A DNA stretch of 64,000 nt. Source: Lama guanicoe (lineage: Eukaryota). Positions within the stretch are counted from its first letter, which is position 1; each line of letters starts with the position of its first letter. Made by a program: the position numbers and the translations under genes. Where the stretch lies: positions 6,307,083 to 6,371,082 of the forward strand of contig MU055864.1 of NCBI GenBank assembly GCA_013239625.1. The letters run 5' to 3'. The notes below the pieces were generated by a model, which saw nothing but the letters and a program-made list of their open reading frames with translations, ran no database searches and had not been told where the DNA came from. Of the stretch, positions 62,401-64,000 are shown piece after piece.

Positions 62401-64000
62401 CAAGACTTTGTGTTAAATTTTTCTTAAGAATTTCGTTCCATATCTTTGCCTCATGGCCAACAATGTATCTTTGACATATTGTATCAGATCTATATCCTTA
62501 TTTTCTACTTTTTTTCCAAAATGGAACTCAAACCCTTTTGCCTAAGAGATGTATTTAAACATTTCAGAATTCTTTGATCCACAGATCAGGTCAAGAATAT
62601 TATTCTTGCGGGGGGGCAGTGGGCAGGGGAGGACAAAAAAAAAAGTCCTTTAAATTCCTGGTGATTAGGACGTTCCTGAACTGTCCTTGCTTACAAGCAA
62701 TAATTCCTTAAAATTTGCTTTCCACTTCTCAGAGGGTTTTACATGGTTGGGGGAATGGACCTGAGAGGGAGGGAGGGCCCTGGGAGTCAATAGGACCCCA
62801 TGTCAGTGAGGTGGGTGCTGCAGGGCCCTCTTATTGTTGGTGACTGGTACAGGGAAGTGAGAAAAGGAAAAGGGGGGGAGGGTGTGTGTGAGGCCTGTCC
62901 AGGATGCCTTTAGAAGGCTCAAGGCTTTTATAGGTACCATTAGTCCTCAGCCTTCTGGGAATACAAGCAAAGCCAGGCCTGTTCCCTGCCCCCATCCCAC
63001 CCCACCCTTCCTGACTCCCCTCAGCTCTCTTTCTGCCAGCTCTCCCCAGCAAGGCCATCCTTCCATTTATTTTAACTTTATTTCACTTGCAAAAAAAAAA
63101 GGGGGGGAGTTGGAGGCATGTGGAAGAAACAGCTTTCCTCACAAAAGAATCACTGATGGTGAAAACAGTAACTTCCTGAGACAACTGGCAGAAGAGAGGG
63201 GGCTCAGAGGCCAAGGCAGCCGCCACCTCCAGCACAGACACTAGTGTCCCTTCCCATGGATCCTTCTGGGCCTGGCCTGGCCCCTGCCCCGTGCTCAGCC
63301 AGAGTCTGCCCTTATTCCACAGCACACTGAGGATTCTCCAGCGCGTGGTAAACAAATGAAATCAGTATCACTGGCACCCACTGTTGGCGAGACGATGCCA
63401 TGGTTCGAGGCACAGGCTGTGCAACAGGATCTGAGTCGTGGTTTTGTAGCTAACTAGCTGTGTGGTCCTGGGCGAGGAACTTGCCCACAGGACTTCAGTG
63501 AGGAATTAGGAAGGAGATACACTTGAGGCACTTAACCAGCACCTGGTAATTAACATCTACGATGTCACTGATAAAAACATAACCTCCGGATGTCAAAACG
63601 ATCTTAATGGGTCTCTGAACACAAGGTCACTGACGGAATTCTATGTGAAGGCTACCCAAGAGTATGATTTGACGGCCAACACGACAGGAGGATTTTTATT
63701 AAATGAGAACGTTTGAAGAGTTCCTAACACTGAACGTGGCTTAACGTTAATATTTAATGTGACTTAGCAAATAATAACCACCCGACTGTCACGCAGATTT
63801 TCTTCCAAGGAAAAGAACTAAAAATATACACAAATCCACTCAAATCATCCAAGCTATATTGGGCTCTTTCGGAATTTTTTAAAAACTTATTTTATATTTA
63901 ACCCATATGCTTCTCATGTGATTTTCTTTTTTATGGAAATGCAAGCTCTGCTTTAGGCTTTTGGAAGAAACTGGGTCTATGATGATACGGGAAGGGAAGC
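59490..64000 (-). other. TNFRSF11A: Last intron of TNFRSF11A (partial; upstream exons outside window)
   Basis: Lies 5' of the acceptor on the minus strand; no further RANK-like coding segment seen up to 64000. Confidence 0.85.
61110..61437 (+). mobile_element. Internally deleted Tigger1 derivative in the TNFRSF11A intron
   Basis: TA|caagcggatctcgtttt...ttgaaggtttgtggtaaccctgc joined to cagatgatggttagcatttt...gcaatatctctaaggtctgcccg; both ends present. Confidence 0.9.

Noticed and set aside
1-64000. CRISPR arrays, operons or other prokaryotic systems
   Set aside because: The sequence is mammalian; no spaced direct-repeat array or gene-dense region was seen.

Overview
Mammalian genomic DNA, most likely camelid (alpaca/llama/camel), judged from two vic-1-type tRNA-derived SINEs. 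The only intact coding sequence is the last exon of TNFRSF11A (RANK) on the minus strand (59489-59149), encoding the IVVY, PVQEES and PVQEQG motifs inside a CpG island. Its final intron runs to the window end and its 3' UTR lies at lower coordinates. The other ~55 kb is intergenic (towards ZCCHC2 if human synteny holds) and dense with L1, L2, L3/CR1, MIR, MLT1/ERVL LTRs and Tigger/hAT MITEs. The main novel observation is in the first ~7.6 kb: decayed plus-strand exons for an IgV-like domain (544-~850) and an IgC-like domain (1160-1416), followed by candidate mini-exons. Together they look like a fossil V-C type, B7/butyrophilin-like immunoglobulin-superfamily gene convergent with RANK. Second is an orphan CpG island inside an ancient MLT1 LTR (~43040-43460) with a CCAAT/E-box/CCAAT/GC-box/PAR-bZIP cluster. 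All six N-runs lie in L1 and look like length-preserving masks, not gaps. Repeat names come from recalled consensus sequences, not a search, and repeat boundaries are approximate.
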